DNA of 64,000 nt. It comes from a virus. Position numbers and translations under genes: made by a program. The notes below the pieces were generated by a model, which did not search any database, was not told where the DNA came from, and was given only the letters and a program-made list of their open reading frames with translations. Positions 30,375-40,457 of the stretch are shown piece by piece. Position 1 is the first letter of the stretch, and the number at the start of each line of letters is the position of its first letter. The DNA is taken from positions 1 through 64,000 of IMG/VR virus record IMGVR_UViG_3300025413_001414; one strand, written 5' to 3'.

Positions 30375-31193
30375 TTATTTATAGAAAAGATGTGAAAAAT
30401 TATCTTTCTCCTCGGTTATAACCCTTGGATAATAAGGATCTGATTCGATATCGTAGATACTCGATTTAATATCTCTACCAAATAGGTCACCGAATGTATT
30501 ATCTTCTTTCATTTGAAAGCATTTATCTATATGATCTTGATTATCGTAAAGATGAACCTCATCATGTGCTGTATTTTTAAATTTGTTCTCAACATTATCT
30601 TTACCAATCCAGCTGAAATGATAACCCATCGATCCTTCCCACGGAATATCCCACCTACCAGCTCTCCATATCTGTGGTTGAAATAGATTTTTCCTTTTTC
30701 CGACAACTGTTCCTTTCCACAAAACATCATTTTGTATTACATTTAAATAATAACAAAACGAACTCATACCAAAACTAAAGTAAGGATATCTATCGGTTAA
30801 ATCATATATCATATCCATAGCAAAGTAGTTAGGAAATTCATCTAAATCACTAATCATTATTATATCTTCATTGTTAGCGTTAAGTAATCCATACATGATG
30901 CCGTTTCTTTGTTGGTTATCTAGAATCATAAATGGACTATTAGGATTATACGAATCACCTTTGTAATTCATATCCATATTACCAAAATTCAAGTTTACTT
31001 GAATATACTCAATCTTGTCTTTTGCCCATTCAAAATCTTGTTGAATTTTGCTAAAATTCCAATCTTTGAGTATACCTCTATGTGTCATATTTGCTTCTAC
31101 TATAACAAATTTATCAACGTAATTCCATAGATGTTTTAATCTAAAATATAGAATATCAGTTTCATTATTGAATGTAAAACAATCGTAAATCAT
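30375..31193 (-). CDS. GT17-family glycosyltransferase
   Basis: IYDCFTFNNE, VDKFVIVEA..TH.G, QRN, ISDLDE, GYHFSW. Confidence 0.85.
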   Translation of the reverse strand: MIYDCFTFNNETDILYFRLKHLWNYVDKFVIVEANMTHRGILKDWNFSKIQQDFEWAKDKIEYIQVNLNFGNMDMNYKGDSYNPNSPFMILDNQQRNGIMYGLLNANNEDIIMISDLDEFPNYFAMDMIYDLTDRYPYFSFGMSSFCYYLNVIQNDVLWKGTVVGKRKNLFQPQIWRAGRWDIPWEGSMGYHFSWIGKDNVENKFKNTAHDEVHLYDNQDHIDKCFQMKEDNTFGDLFGRDIKSSIYDIESDPYYPRVITEEKDNFSHLFYK

Positions 31194-31194
31194 A

Positions 31195-33210
31195 TTAATT
31201 ATATATATCTTTAATTATTTTATCTAATATTTCAAACCTATCATATTGGTGAACAATTGCGTAAACTTCACCACTTTGATTCACTATTTGATTATCTTTA
31301 TTAATCGAGATAAAATTAGTTTGACCTAAAGTAGATATTTCCTTAGTATTATTATAGTGTTCTTTTACTTTATCTGGAAATGCATTTGAATAGTAAATAG
31401 GAATTGCTTGTTCGACTACAAAGGAGTTATCACCAGTATCAAGTGAGGATTTTTCAATAATTAATTGAATAAAGAATTCCAAAAAGGGCATTATTTCGTT
31501 TCTATTACCAGCTATAATACCACCATTTAATATAGGTCTATCTTTAACTTTTTCAAAATATTCATCTCCATAAACTCTTTTGATCCAAGTTGTATTAATC
31601 CAACAATTACCAATTGTGTTATCTTCCATACCAAAATGAACAACTCTTTCTTTAAAATAGTTGAAAGGATTATCTTGAAATATAACATCTCTAGAATCTA
31701 CTAATAATATATTTTCATATTGTAGATAATTATCTAATACTATTTTATAATAGAAAGGTCTTAGATTATTAATTGTATTTAGCTTCAGTTGAATATATTC
31801 TGGCTTAATCAATTGATTAATTATATCTATATTGACTGAGTAATCAATTTGTATAGGTTCATATGATAATACCATCAAAGTTCCTTTAAAATTAACTCTT
31901 TCTAAACTTTTAATAAACGGTCTAATCATTTCTGATGTATAGTTTATAGCAACAGTTAGTATTAAATCTTTTTTCATTTCTTTTTTATATACCCAACATC
32001 CTTGAAAATCTTGAATATCTTTTACATCAAAAGATTCATGAACTGCCTTTGTTACACCTTCTAACCCAATAGGCCCAATTCCACCCGGTGGGACGTAAGG
32101 TCCATAATCATGACCAGCAATAATACCACCAACTTTAACTTTAGGTAACCAATGCTCAATATCTTCTTTAACACTCTCATAGGAGTGGTCTCCATCTATG
32201 AAAACAAAATCTAAGGACTCATCTTCATATAATTTAGATGCTGATACAGAAGTTGATCGTATTGGATTGATAATATACTTAACTGGTTTAATATTCTTTA
32301 GAAACTCAATATATAACCCATCTTTGTTGCTTAATAAAGGTTCAAACCACGGACTATAAGGGTCTCTATGCACATCGGCCCCATCCCAAGTATCAACACA
32401 GTCGAACTGTATCTTTTTTCCTGAGTTATGTATCTCTACAGCCATATAAGCTGAGCTTCTACCTTTCCACGACCCAACCTCTACAAAGTGGCTTCCTTCT
32501 GGAAATTGTTTGACCATACTTGAGTATAGATCAGGGTAGGTAAACCAGTCCTCTCCTAAATTTTGATAAAAGTGTTCCATCTTTTTATTTATGAATAGTA
32601 TATTTTTTTGGTGTAGATTAGTATATGTATTTACTAATTCATCTAATGTCTCTGCCTCTTTAAATCCCAATTCGTCCATGAACTTACAAACCTCATCATA
32701 CAATGGAGAACCCTGATTATAAGGAGTCATAGATACTTCTAATAATATCCCTTTAGCTCTACTACATATATTTCTACCACCTGTTATTATATCTAATTCA
32801 GAACCTTGTGTATCTAACTTTATTAAATCAAATTCCTCGTTTAAGATATCATCTAGTTTGACTCCTTTCTTTTTGATAATATTAATCTTATCATCAGAAT
32901 ACCAATCTGTCAACTCTCTATATATAGAATTACCAGTTGAGATTGGATTATTAGTTGTATAAAAATCATATTCTGAATTATCTTTAGCTAATAAACCTAT
33001 ATAGTAAGAATTGGTAAGTTTTTTGAGGTGTATTTCACATTCTTCTGAAGCTTCTACCGAGAATATGTAGGCATCAGGAAACTGTTCTTTAGCGAAGTAA
33101 TGAAATTGTCCAATATTTGCACCTATATCTAATATTCTATTTGGGTAGAAATACTTTTTGATAGGGGTTAAGTCAGTGCTATCTTCTTTTTTATATTGAC
33201 TAAACTCCAT
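31195..33210 (-). CDS. Fusion: FkbM methyltransferase + class I methyltransferase + GT-A-like domain
   Basis: LDIGANIG/KLDTQGSE; VEVGSWKGRS/FIDGDHSYE/GHDY; LVDSRDVIFQ/NGG/HQYDR. Confidence 0.85.
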   Translation of the reverse strand: MEFSQYKKEDSTDLTPIKKYFYPNRILDIGANIGQFHYFAKEQFPDAYIFSVEASEECEIHLKKLTNSYYIGLLAKDNSEYDFYTTNNPISTGNSIYRELTDWYSDDKINIIKKKGVKLDDILNEEFDLIKLDTQGSELDIITGGRNICSRAKGILLEVSMTPYNQGSPLYDEVCKFMDELGFKEAETLDELVNTYTNLHQKNILFINKKMEHFYQNLGEDWFTYPDLYSSMVKQFPEGSHFVEVGSWKGRSSAYMAVEIHNSGKKIQFDCVDTWDGADVHRDPYSPWFEPLLSNKDGLYIEFLKNIKPVKYIINPIRSTSVSASKLYEDESLDFVFIDGDHSYESVKEDIEHWLPKVKVGGIIAGHDYGPYVPPGGIGPIGLEGVTKAVHESFDVKDIQDFQGCWVYKKEMKKDLILTVAINYTSEMIRPFIKSLERVNFKGTLMVLSYEPIQIDYSVNIDIINQLIKPEYIQLKLNTINNLRPFYYKIVLDNYLQYENILLVDSRDVIFQDNPFNYFKERVVHFGMEDNTIGNCWINTTWIKRVYGDEYFEKVKDRPILNGGIIAGNRNEIMPFLEFFIQLIIEKSSLDTGDNSFVVEQAIPIYYSNAFPDKVKEHYNNTKEISTLGQTNFISINKDNQIVNQSGEVYAIVHQYDRFEILDKIIKDIYN

Positions 33211-33259
33211 TAATTTTTTATTTTTTATATATTTTTCACAAGGACAAGTTTAAATAAAA

Positions 33260-33286
33260 AAAGTTGATACACAAGGTATCAACTTT
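33260..33286 (-). terminator. Intrinsic terminator after the AAA gene
   Basis: AAAGTTGATAC-ACAAG-GTATCAACTTT with U-run on the - strand. Confidence 0.7.
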
Positions 33287-33309
33287 GTAAGGCTTCAACA
33301 AGTAAAGAA

Positions 33310-34443
33310 TTACTTGGTTGGTTTATTGATTCGTTTGATATTAACGAGAACATCTTTGAACGAAATCATAAACTTCTTAATCTTCGGATCTGACACGTCA
33401 GGAACGTTATCGAGAACGTGTAACAGATAAGCCGTCAATTCATCATCACCGACCCTCTTCAAGAACTTGGTAACATTGTCGATTTGTTTATCAGACAATT
33501 TCTTGATATCGTACTCCTTCAATGATTGGATCAATTCAGAGTTTTTATCACGATTATACTTATCCAATTCTTTTACTACAGTGTCGTAACGGTCAATAAT
33601 ATCTTGGATAGTGATATTAATCATTTCTTGACAATATTGTAAGAAACGTTGAGCGCCGTTACCAATGTAAGAGTGTGCGATGTTCTGTAGAACTGGCAAG
33701 AATGCCTTTGGAGACGAATCTTTACCGAAATTGTTACAAATAAAGTCACTCAAGAATGTCCAAGAACGAGGCGTTGCGTAAGCCTTAGTACTTTCAGTTG
33801 GGGCTTGATACAACTTTTCAGGGTAGTTCTTGATGTAGGAAACTACAATCGGGTGAACTTTATCCTTAGCGAAGTTATCAATCCATTCATCAGCACCTAA
33901 AGTATGTGAATAGTGAATCAAACGGTTATTAAGAGCGTTGTCGAATTCTTCAACATCAGTACCATCTTCATCACCAAGGTTACCACTGGACATCATCAAT
34001 ACGGTATCATTGAATTTGAACTCAGTACCGATTTGACGTTCAAGAAGAATTTGAAGAGCCGCGTTACGAACTGGTAGAGAAGCACGATTCAATTCTTCAA
34101 AGTGAATAATCGTAGGTTGTTTGTTAGCCTCAATAGCCCAACGAGGAACTACGAAGTCAAGACATTTAACACCCGAAACATCACTGACACTAGGATAAAG
34201 ACCTACGTCGGTTTCGTCAACCATTGAAAGTCGAATATCCATATATCTAAATCCTATTTTTTCAGCAATTGAACGTGAAATTGCTGATTTTGCAATACCA
34301 GGTTTAGAAGTAATGTAAAGAACACCGGATTTAGGCCACATTACCATGAAGTAAAGACGTTCACGTTCAGTAAGAGCGTTCATCTTGGCCATAAATTCTT
34401 GTGGTAGACCTGCTTTTGTATCTTTGTTTTCTGCCATAATCAT
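33310..34443 (-). CDS. MoxR-like AAA+ ATPase
   Basis: SKPGIAKS (Walker A variant), IHFEELNRA, GN, ALNNR, TPRSW. Confidence 0.85.
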   Translation of the reverse strand: MIMAENKDTKAGLPQEFMAKMNALTERERLYFMVMWPKSGVLYITSKPGIAKSAISRSIAEKIGFRYMDIRLSMVDETDVGLYPSVSDVSGVKCLDFVVPRWAIEANKQPTIIHFEELNRASLPVRNAALQILLERQIGTEFKFNDTVLMMSSGNLGDEDGTDVEEFDNALNNRLIHYSHTLGADEWIDNFAKDKVHPIVVSYIKNYPEKLYQAPTESTKAYATPRSWTFLSDFICNNFGKDSSPKAFLPVLQNIAHSYIGNGAQRFLQYCQEMINITIQDIIDRYDTVVKELDKYNRDKNSELIQSLKEYDIKKLSDKQIDNVTKFLKRVGDDELTAYLLHVLDNVPDVSDPKIKKFMISFKDVLVNIKRINKPTK

Positions 34444-34457
34444 TTGTTTTATTTATA

Positions 34458-34614
34458 CAAATTTACGAATTGTTTTTGAATTAAAAAAATTTATTTTTAC
34501 AATCACATATTCTCTGTAAGAGTTTATTTATACAAATATACGATATATTTCTTAATTACCAAAACTTATTTTTTATAACCAATTCATATTGTTCGTATAT
34601 ATCACACAAATGTA
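34458..34614 (-). promoter_or_regulatory. Three tandem Bacteroidota-type sigma-A promoters
   Basis: TAnnTTTG on - strand at 34458-65, 34533-40, 34607-14; TTTG-like -33 elements upstream of the latter two. Confidence 0.7.
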
Positions 34615-34712
34615 AATCAAATTTCTAAATCCACAAAAAATTTGTTTCCGATAAATAGTTCAACTATCAAAGGGAAGGGAGGGTATTTAATATATAAGTA
34701 GAAATTAATTTT

Positions 34713-36440
34713 ATGCAAAACTATACATTTTTATATAATGATACAAAGTTAGACAAAAACAAACTAAAAGAGGATTGGATTAAGAAAAATGTCCCATCTT
34801 TATACAAAGATGTTATATCATTCTCAAACATGATAAACTTTGAGTATTCCAAATTTTCACAATTATTATATCATTATAAAATAAATAAGACTGAATTGCC
34901 AATATGTGACTATTGCAAAAAAGAAAATAAAAGATTTATTGGATTTGATTATGGATATAAACTAGGATGTAGTAGACATTGTGCAATTTTACTAACAAGA
35001 CCAAAGTCAAATGAAACTAGGAGATTGAACACATTAGAAAAATATGGAGTTGAACACACCACCCAACTAAATTCAGTTAAAGAAAAAATAAAAAAAACCA
35101 ACATTAAAAAGTATGGAGTAGAACATGCTTCACAGAATGAAAATATTAAAAATTCAATTAAAAAAACAAACAATATACGATATGGTACTGATTTGCCTCT
35201 TCAAAATTTACAAATTAAGAATAAAATGATTGATAACTTTATAGAAAAGTATGGTGTCAGTAACCCAATTTTACTAGATTCAGTCAAAAATAAAATTAAA
35301 AAAAATAATTTGAAAAAATATGGATGTGAATGGCACATATCTTCTGATATTATCAAACAAAAAATAAAAAATTCACAATATCTTCATAATTATAAAAATA
35401 TTGTTTCTAATTATGGTAAAATCGATGGATTAAATATAATATCATATGAAAATAATATAGTAAAATTTTATTGTGAAAAGTGTAACAATGAGTTTGAATC
35501 AAATTATGTACATCTTTATAATAGACATATCAGAGATAAATCTAATATTTGTACTATTTGCAATCCACTAAATAACAAAACATCTAATGGACAAAAAGAA
35601 ATTATAAATTTTTTAAAGGAACTAAGAATAAATATTACAGTAAATGATAGAAAAATAATAAATCCATACGAAATAGACATTTATCTAAAAGATTATAATT
35701 TAGGTATTGAGTTTAACGGCATATATTGGCACTCTGAAATAAACAAGGATAATGGCTACCATTATGATAAGTATAATAGATGCACACAAAAAGGTATTGG
35801 ACTAATTCAAATTTGGGAAGATGATTGGACATATAAAAAGGATATAATAAAGTCAGTGATAAAAAGTAGGATAAATAAGAATTCATCAATTGGTGCTAGA
35901 TTATGTATCATAAAAGTAGTTTCAAATGAAGATTCTAAAATTTTTCTAAATGAAAATCATATTCAGGGATGGTGTATTTCAAAATATAGATATGGATTAT
36001 ATTTTGAAAATAATCTAGTTAGTATATTAACAATTTCAAATAGTAGAAAAAATATTACTAAAAATGCAAAAATCGGAGAATATGAAATAGTTAGATTTTG
36101 TAATAAAATTGGAACAAATATCATTGGATCTTTATCAAAACTTTGGAAGTTTTTTGTAAATGAAATAAATCCGGTAAGAGTTATTTCATATTGTGATAAT
36201 GATCTATTTAGTGGTAAATCCTATTATAAAATAGGTATGAAATTAGATAGTATGTCATTTAATTATTGGTGGTGTGATGGTGATAAAAGACAAAATAGAT
36301 GGAATTTCAGAAAAGATAAATTAATAAGTGAAGGATATGATAGAGAAAAAACTGAATCAGAAATAATGATAGAAAGAGGATGGTATAAATGTTATGGATC
36401 TGGTAATAAAAAATTTATTTGGAATAAAGATAATATTTAA
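34713..36440 (+). CDS. Hef-like endonuclease: 5 KYG repeats + PD-(D/E)XK + Mom/GNAT-like
   Basis: EIDIY..LGIEFNGIYWH, IWEDDW, NHIQG, YEIVRFC. Confidence 0.75.
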   Translation: MQNYTFLYNDTKLDKNKLKEDWIKKNVPSLYKDVISFSNMINFEYSKFSQLLYHYKINKTELPICDYCKKENKRFIGFDYGYKLGCSRHCAILLTRPKSNETRRLNTLEKYGVEHTTQLNSVKEKIKKTNIKKYGVEHASQNENIKNSIKKTNNIRYGTDLPLQNLQIKNKMIDNFIEKYGVSNPILLDSVKNKIKKNNLKKYGCEWHISSDIIKQKIKNSQYLHNYKNIVSNYGKIDGLNIISYENNIVKFYCEKCNNEFESNYVHLYNRHIRDKSNICTICNPLNNKTSNGQKEIINFLKELRINITVNDRKIINPYEIDIYLKDYNLGIEFNGIYWHSEINKDNGYHYDKYNRCTQKGIGLIQIWEDDWTYKKDIIKSVIKSRINKNSSIGARLCIIKVVSNEDSKIFLNENHIQGWCISKYRYGLYFENNLVSILTISNSRKNITKNAKIGEYEIVRFCNKIGTNIIGSLSKLWKFFVNEINPVRVISYCDNDLFSGKSYYKIGMKLDSMSFNYWWCDGDKRQNRWNFRKDKLISEGYDREKTESEIMIERGWYKCYGSGNKKFIWNKDNI

Positions 36441-36443
36441 CAT

Positions 36444-36477
36444 AAAAAAAAAGAATCCGATTGGATTCTTTTTTTTA
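36444..36477. terminator. Bidirectional terminator
   Basis: AAAAAAGAATCC-GATT-GGATTCTTTTTT. Confidence 0.75.
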
Positions 36478-36496
36478 TTTCTCCGAAATATTTTTA

Positions 36497-37132
36497 TTAT
36501 CCTTTAATAACTTCTACGTTTTTCACAGCGATTACAGGTTTAACTTCTTCTACAATATTGTAGATTTCCATATCAGCCTCTTGAGAGTAATCCTTCAGCT
36601 TATCGATTGTACCTTTAGCCACACTGAAAGAAACAACGGCTTTAACAATCTTTTCTTTATCATCTTCATCAATTTCATCACAAGCCTCAATCAATTGAGA
36701 AAGAATTTCACCATATTTATCAACCATTTCACTATCAAATGAGAAGCTCGTTTTTTCTTCAACAGCAGCTTCACCGAAGGTTTCAGTCAAATACTTAGCC
36801 CTATCTTCGTTGATAGAAATATACTTATCAGAAGGTACGAACATCATTTGAGCCGTATCCAAACCAGATTTAGCCTCCAACATGATAGAACCTGGATTTT
36901 TGCTGGTTTTATCATATACTTTAGACCACTCAACCTTACCAATTTCTTTTACTTCATCAGAAATCATATCAGCCTCGGCCTTATCACGCTTCATGTTATC
37001 TTGAAGCTCTTGAAGCTTTTGAATTTTATCGAAGAAATCAGCATCTTTCACTTTAACACGAACTTTTTCATCTTTCGCTTTAGTTGTTTTAGCGGGAGCC
37101 GACTTTTTAGCTTTTGCAAATAAATTAGCCAT
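36497..37132 (-). CDS. Hypothetical early protein
   Basis: 211 aa; own TATCTTTG promoter at 37170-77. Confidence 0.7.
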   Translation of the reverse strand: MANLFAKAKKSAPAKTTKAKDEKVRVKVKDADFFDKIQKLQELQDNMKRDKAEADMISDEVKEIGKVEWSKVYDKTSKNPGSIMLEAKSGLDTAQMMFVPSDKYISINEDRAKYLTETFGEAAVEEKTSFSFDSEMVDKYGEILSQLIEACDEIDEDDKEKIVKAVVSFSVAKGTIDKLKDYSQEADMEIYNIVEEVKPVIAVKNVEVIKG

Positions 37133-37211
37133 AATAATAAGTTTTAAGTTTTTTGATTGATTTGTTTCACAAAGATACGAACTTTTTCAGAAACCACCTA
37201 ATTTTTTATTT

Positions 37212-37249
37212 AGAAATGACATGCTAAATACACCATACCCTTCATTTCT
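37212..37249 (-). ncRNA. Hairpin RNA motif copy 3 (own promoter)
   Basis: AGAAAUGA-AGGGUAUGGUGUAUUUAGCAUG-UCAUUUCU; promoter at 37266-73. Confidence 0.55.
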
Positions 37250-37299
37250 CTCGTTCTTTGTTACACAAAGATACGACAAATTTCCGAAACCACCAAATA

Positions 37300-37431
37300 A
37301 AAATTCCCCTCGTATAGAGAGGAATTCTTATACCAAAACAAACAGTTATGAGACTAAAGTGACGTGCCAGATACACTATACCTTTCACTTTGTAAATGAC
37401 GTGCCAGATACACTATACCTTTCATTTACAA
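37300..37431 (-). ncRNA. Small RNA with two tandem copies of an unknown hairpin motif
   Basis: 28-nt direct repeat 37360-87 / 37397-424 with different closing stems; promoter at 37434-41; terminator-like hairpin ~37300-37327. Confidence 0.6.
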
Positions 37432-37472
37432 TACAAAGATACAGCAAGATTTTGTAACCACCAAATTTATTT

Positions 37473-38108
37473 TTATTCAAACCAAGTCACTTTTCCAGTA
37501 AGAATATCATATACAGATCCAACTACTCTTACTTGATTTGTATTTACAAGATTATTAATAACTGGTTTAGAATTTTTGAGACTATCTACATTTGAAGTTA
37601 CATTACATTTGATTGCTTCATAAATAAAATTACTATCAGTCTTTTTAACTTTCTTAGTAGATTGTTGAATTTTCTCAATAAGAACTTGAATATGATTGTC
37701 AAACTTACTATTTGAGTTGACCGCTGCAGTAACCGCACCACAACTAGTATGGCCCATTATAACAATTAGATTAGTATGTAGATTCAAAATAGCATACTCT
37801 ATACTTGATAAGTTATCATCATTTATAACATTGCCAGCAACTCTAATTACAAAAAGTTCTCCAAGACCTTTATTAAATATTATTTCTGGAGAAACTCTTG
37901 AGTCAGCGCAAGTAATAATAACAGCTTTAGGATTTTGACCTTTAGATAAAAAAAGTCTGGTTAACGAATCTCGATTTTTACTGCTAAATAATCCAGAAGT
38001 ATATTCATTATTTCCAGATTTTAACCAAGTTAGAAGTGAATCATTTTTAGATTGTGAGAAACTTAAATTACTAATTAAAAGTAATAAAATAAGGATAAAA
38101 TTTTTCAT
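37473..38108 (-). CDS. Beta-carbonic anhydrase with signal peptide
   Basis: CADSRV, GELFVIRVAGN, GHTSCGAV; MKNFILILLLLISNLSFS|Q. Confidence 0.92.
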   Translation of the reverse strand: MKNFILILLLLISNLSFSQSKNDSLLTWLKSGNNEYTSGLFSSKNRDSLTRLFLSKGQNPKAVIITCADSRVSPEIIFNKGLGELFVIRVAGNVINDDNLSSIEYAILNLHTNLIVIMGHTSCGAVTAAVNSNSKFDNHIQVLIEKIQQSTKKVKKTDSNFIYEAIKCNVTSNVDSLKNSKPVINNLVNTNQVRVVGSVYDILTGKVTWFE

Positions 38109-38109
38109 T

Positions 38110-38304
38110 TTATTTTTTTATATCTTTCGTAAATAAATTTGTTGAGAATTCAAAAAAAGATATAATATGTTCATTAACCTTGTGTTTATTTACCTTACCA
38201 CAGTTAGTACATTTTGATTCCTTTTCCTTTTCTTTAGAAGTATAATTGATTGTGTATTTATGATTGCACCCTTTACAAAGTACAAATTTATCTTTGACTT
38301 TCAT
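38110..38304 (-). CDS. Zn-ribbon small protein
   Basis: CKGC..CTNC. Confidence 0.55.
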   Translation of the reverse strand: MKVKDKFVLCKGCNHKYTINYTSKEKEKESKCTNCGKVNKHKVNEHIISFFEFSTNLFTKDIKK

Positions 38305-38788
38305 TAAAATATTCTAATATTTTATCCCAATTTTCATAAGGAGGTTTGCCATATTGTAATTGGGTTCCTTTGAATCCTGGCCAAGGCATATCATCAATTA
38401 AATAATCTCCTATTAATAAATCTTTATTGGGTGATATAATTAACTTCTGACAAAATTTTAAATCAAAATGTTTTTCAATCCAAAGTCTTTTCTCTGTATA
38501 ACAAAGTGGATTCATATAGGATGGTCTAGTTAAAATATAAACATCAAAAGATTTTCTTAATTTATTTACTGCATCAATAGCCCCTTCCAAAGGTTCTAAT
38601 TGTAGAAAAAATCCTTCTTTAGATTGTGGGTATTTTATATCTGGATGTAATTCACGCATTTCATGATAATGTGATAAATAATCACAAATGGTATCGTCCA
38701 TATCAATATATACTATCTCTTTCCCCTTTAACTCATTATCATCAATAGGTGAATAAACATTGGTCTCAAATCTTTTTAAGTATTTCAT
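38288..38788 (-). CDS. 5'(3')-deoxyribonucleotidase (NT5C, HAD fold) with N-terminal tag
   Basis: YIDMDDTICD, EKRLWI, GDYLIDD; MKYLKRFE. Confidence 0.88.
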   Translation of the reverse strand: MKYLKRFETNVYSPIDDNELKGKEIVYIDMDDTICDYLSHYHEMRELHPDIKYPQSKEGFFLQLEPLEGAIDAVNKLRKSFDVYILTRPSYMNPLCYTEKRLWIEKHFDLKFCQKLIISPNKDLLIGDYLIDDMPWPGFKGTQLQYGKPPYENWDKILEYFNESQR

Positions 38789-38815
38789 ATTAATATATAT
38801 TAATATATATTAATA
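38789..38815. promoter_or_regulatory. Near-palindromic bidirectional TAATATATA promoter-like element
   Basis: ATTAATATATATTAATATATATTAAT between divergent tagged genes. Confidence 0.55.
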
Positions 38816-38824
38816 CAAAATTAC

Positions 38825-39286
38825 ATGAGACATATAAAAAAATTTGAATCTTTCTCAAGTGAAAGAGTTGGTGATGAACTAGTAACATATATTGACAATA
38901 TTTTTTATGGCTATGATAAATTTGAAAGTTTATTATCAAATGGTGAGATAGAAGAGATAACTGATGCTGAAGTTGAACGAATTAAATATTTAATTGATTT
39001 AGAAGAACCTTCACCGATAAAAAAGTATGAAATTGGCAAAAGATTTAGATCTGATAATTTTAAATCCTGTGTAAGTTTTGATATGAATTTTGGTCGTAAA
39101 AATGGAACCGGGTATATTATATTCTATAAATTTAAAGATGAATGGTGGTTAGTTGAATTATGCACAAATGAAAATGCGACATCCAGATCGCGCAATAGAA
39201 GAGCATACAAAGCTTGGTTATTAGACAGTATGGATGGTATAGAAAAATGGGCAGATACAGAACTTGAAAAAGTTTTAGAAGTATAA
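38825..39286 (+). CDS. Hypothetical protein with N-terminal tag
   Basis: MRHIKKFESF. Confidence 0.7.
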   Translation: MRHIKKFESFSSERVGDELVTYIDNIFYGYDKFESLLSNGEIEEITDAEVERIKYLIDLEEPSPIKKYEIGKRFRSDNFKSCVSFDMNFGRKNGTGYIIFYKFKDEWWLVELCTNENATSRSRNRRAYKAWLLDSMDGIEKWADTELEKVLEV

Positions 39287-39291
39287 TTTAC

Positions 39292-39468
39292 ATGGAAACA
39301 TATTCATTTTTTTACAACGGCAAATGGTATCAAGTTGGTGACTTTATCAGAATGGGTTTATTTAGAAGTGCTTGGGAAATAATACACATAATTGACGGTG
39401 GATCCACTGTAATAACAAGAAACGGAAAATATAAAAAAATAGAAGGTAAGGTTAGAATATCAGATTAA
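39292..39468 (+). CDS. Small hypothetical protein (58 aa, not in track)
   Basis: METYSFFYNGKWYQVGDFIRMG...RISD*. Confidence 0.5.
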   Translation: METYSFFYNGKWYQVGDFIRMGLFRSAWEIIHIIDGGSTVITRNGKYKKIEGKVRISD

Positions 39469-40056
39469 ATAATATTGCTTATTTTCTTTGTTATATCCAA
39501 CGACTCCACTTTTGTATAGTTCAAAAATAATTTTTTCAGCTTTTGCGTGGCAGTTATTATGTTCTTGCACTGTACATATATCCAAATTTAATAAATTATT
39601 ATTTGATTTATCTCCATCTATATGATGAACAACTTCCCCCTTTTCAAGTGGTCTTCCAATTTTCTCTTGCATTAAAAAGATATGCTCTCTTATTCTTCCT
39701 CCATATACAGAAGAAGTTGATTTATTCAAATATTTATAATCTGATCCTACATATATACAAACATATCCATTACTATCAATAATTTTTGATCCAATGAGAT
39801 GATCATGCTTATTTGGATTCTTTTTATTATAAGATTTGGTAGCTAAACTAAAAACATTTCCGCAATTTCCACAAAAATGCTCGTAATTATTATTAGCTCT
39901 TTTTGGTGAAAAATTATCAGATGTTCTTTCAAATAGAGAATAACAATTATCACATTTTAATTTATATGTTTTCCTTTTTCTTTTCTTTTTAAATAATTTA
40001 CCAGCAATTGATTTAAATTCAAATTCGGATTCTATATAATATATATCTATTATCAT
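39460..40056 (-). CDS. HNH homing endonuclease
   Basis: REH...IGRPL..GEVVHHIDGDKSNNNLLNL....EH...H. Confidence 0.88.
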   Translation of the reverse strand: MIIDIYYIESEFEFKSIAGKLFKKKRKRKTYKLKCDNCYSLFERTSDNFSPKRANNNYEHFCGNCGNVFSLATKSYNKKNPNKHDHLIGSKIIDSNGYVCIYVGSDYKYLNKSTSSVYGGRIREHIFLMQEKIGRPLEKGEVVHHIDGDKSNNNLLNLDICTVQEHNNCHAKAEKIIFELYKSGVVGYNKENKQYYLI

Positions 40057-40121
40057 AACTTTTTATTTTTATATATTAAAAACAAAAAGTCAAAAATTTC
40101 AAAAAAACAAAGTTTTTGTCT

Positions 40122-40457
40122 TTACATTGAAAATGAATTTCCGCATCCACAAACACGAGAAGCTTGTGGATTGATCCATTCAAAACCTCTACCATTTAAC
40201 CCATCAGAGTAATTTAATTCGGTTCCCCACAAATATAATAAAGATTTTTTATCAACTAAAACTTTAAGCCCGCCATCAACATCAAAAACTTCATCAACTC
40301 CTTCCTGAATTTTATCATCAAAATCCATGGTATAGCTCAAGCCACTGCAGCCCCCACCCTTCACTCCGACTCTGAGGTGGTGTGTATCTGGTGTGATTCC
40401 TTCTTTCATCATTAATTCTATGATATGTTCTAAAGCTTGATTTGTAACGGTTATCAT
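40122..40457 (-). CDS. iscA: A-type Fe-S cluster carrier (IscA/HesB)
   Basis: LRVGVKGGGCSGLSY, NPQA..CGCGNSF. Confidence 0.93.
   Translation of the reverse strand: MITVTNQALEHIIELMMKEGITPDTHHLRVGVKGGGCSGLSYTMDFDDKIQEGVDEVFDVDGGLKVLVDKKSLLYLWGTELNYSDGLNGRGFEWINPQASRVCGCGNSFSM

Noticed and set aside
37360-37424. CRISPR array (28-nt direct repeat x2)
   Set aside because: Only 9 nt separate the repeats, the flanks pair as closing stems, and there are no cas genes; treated as an RNA motif instead.
37221-37457. Track ORF of 78 aa on the + strand
   Set aside because: Antisense to promoter-driven RNA motifs, and the repeat period of 37 is not a multiple of 3.
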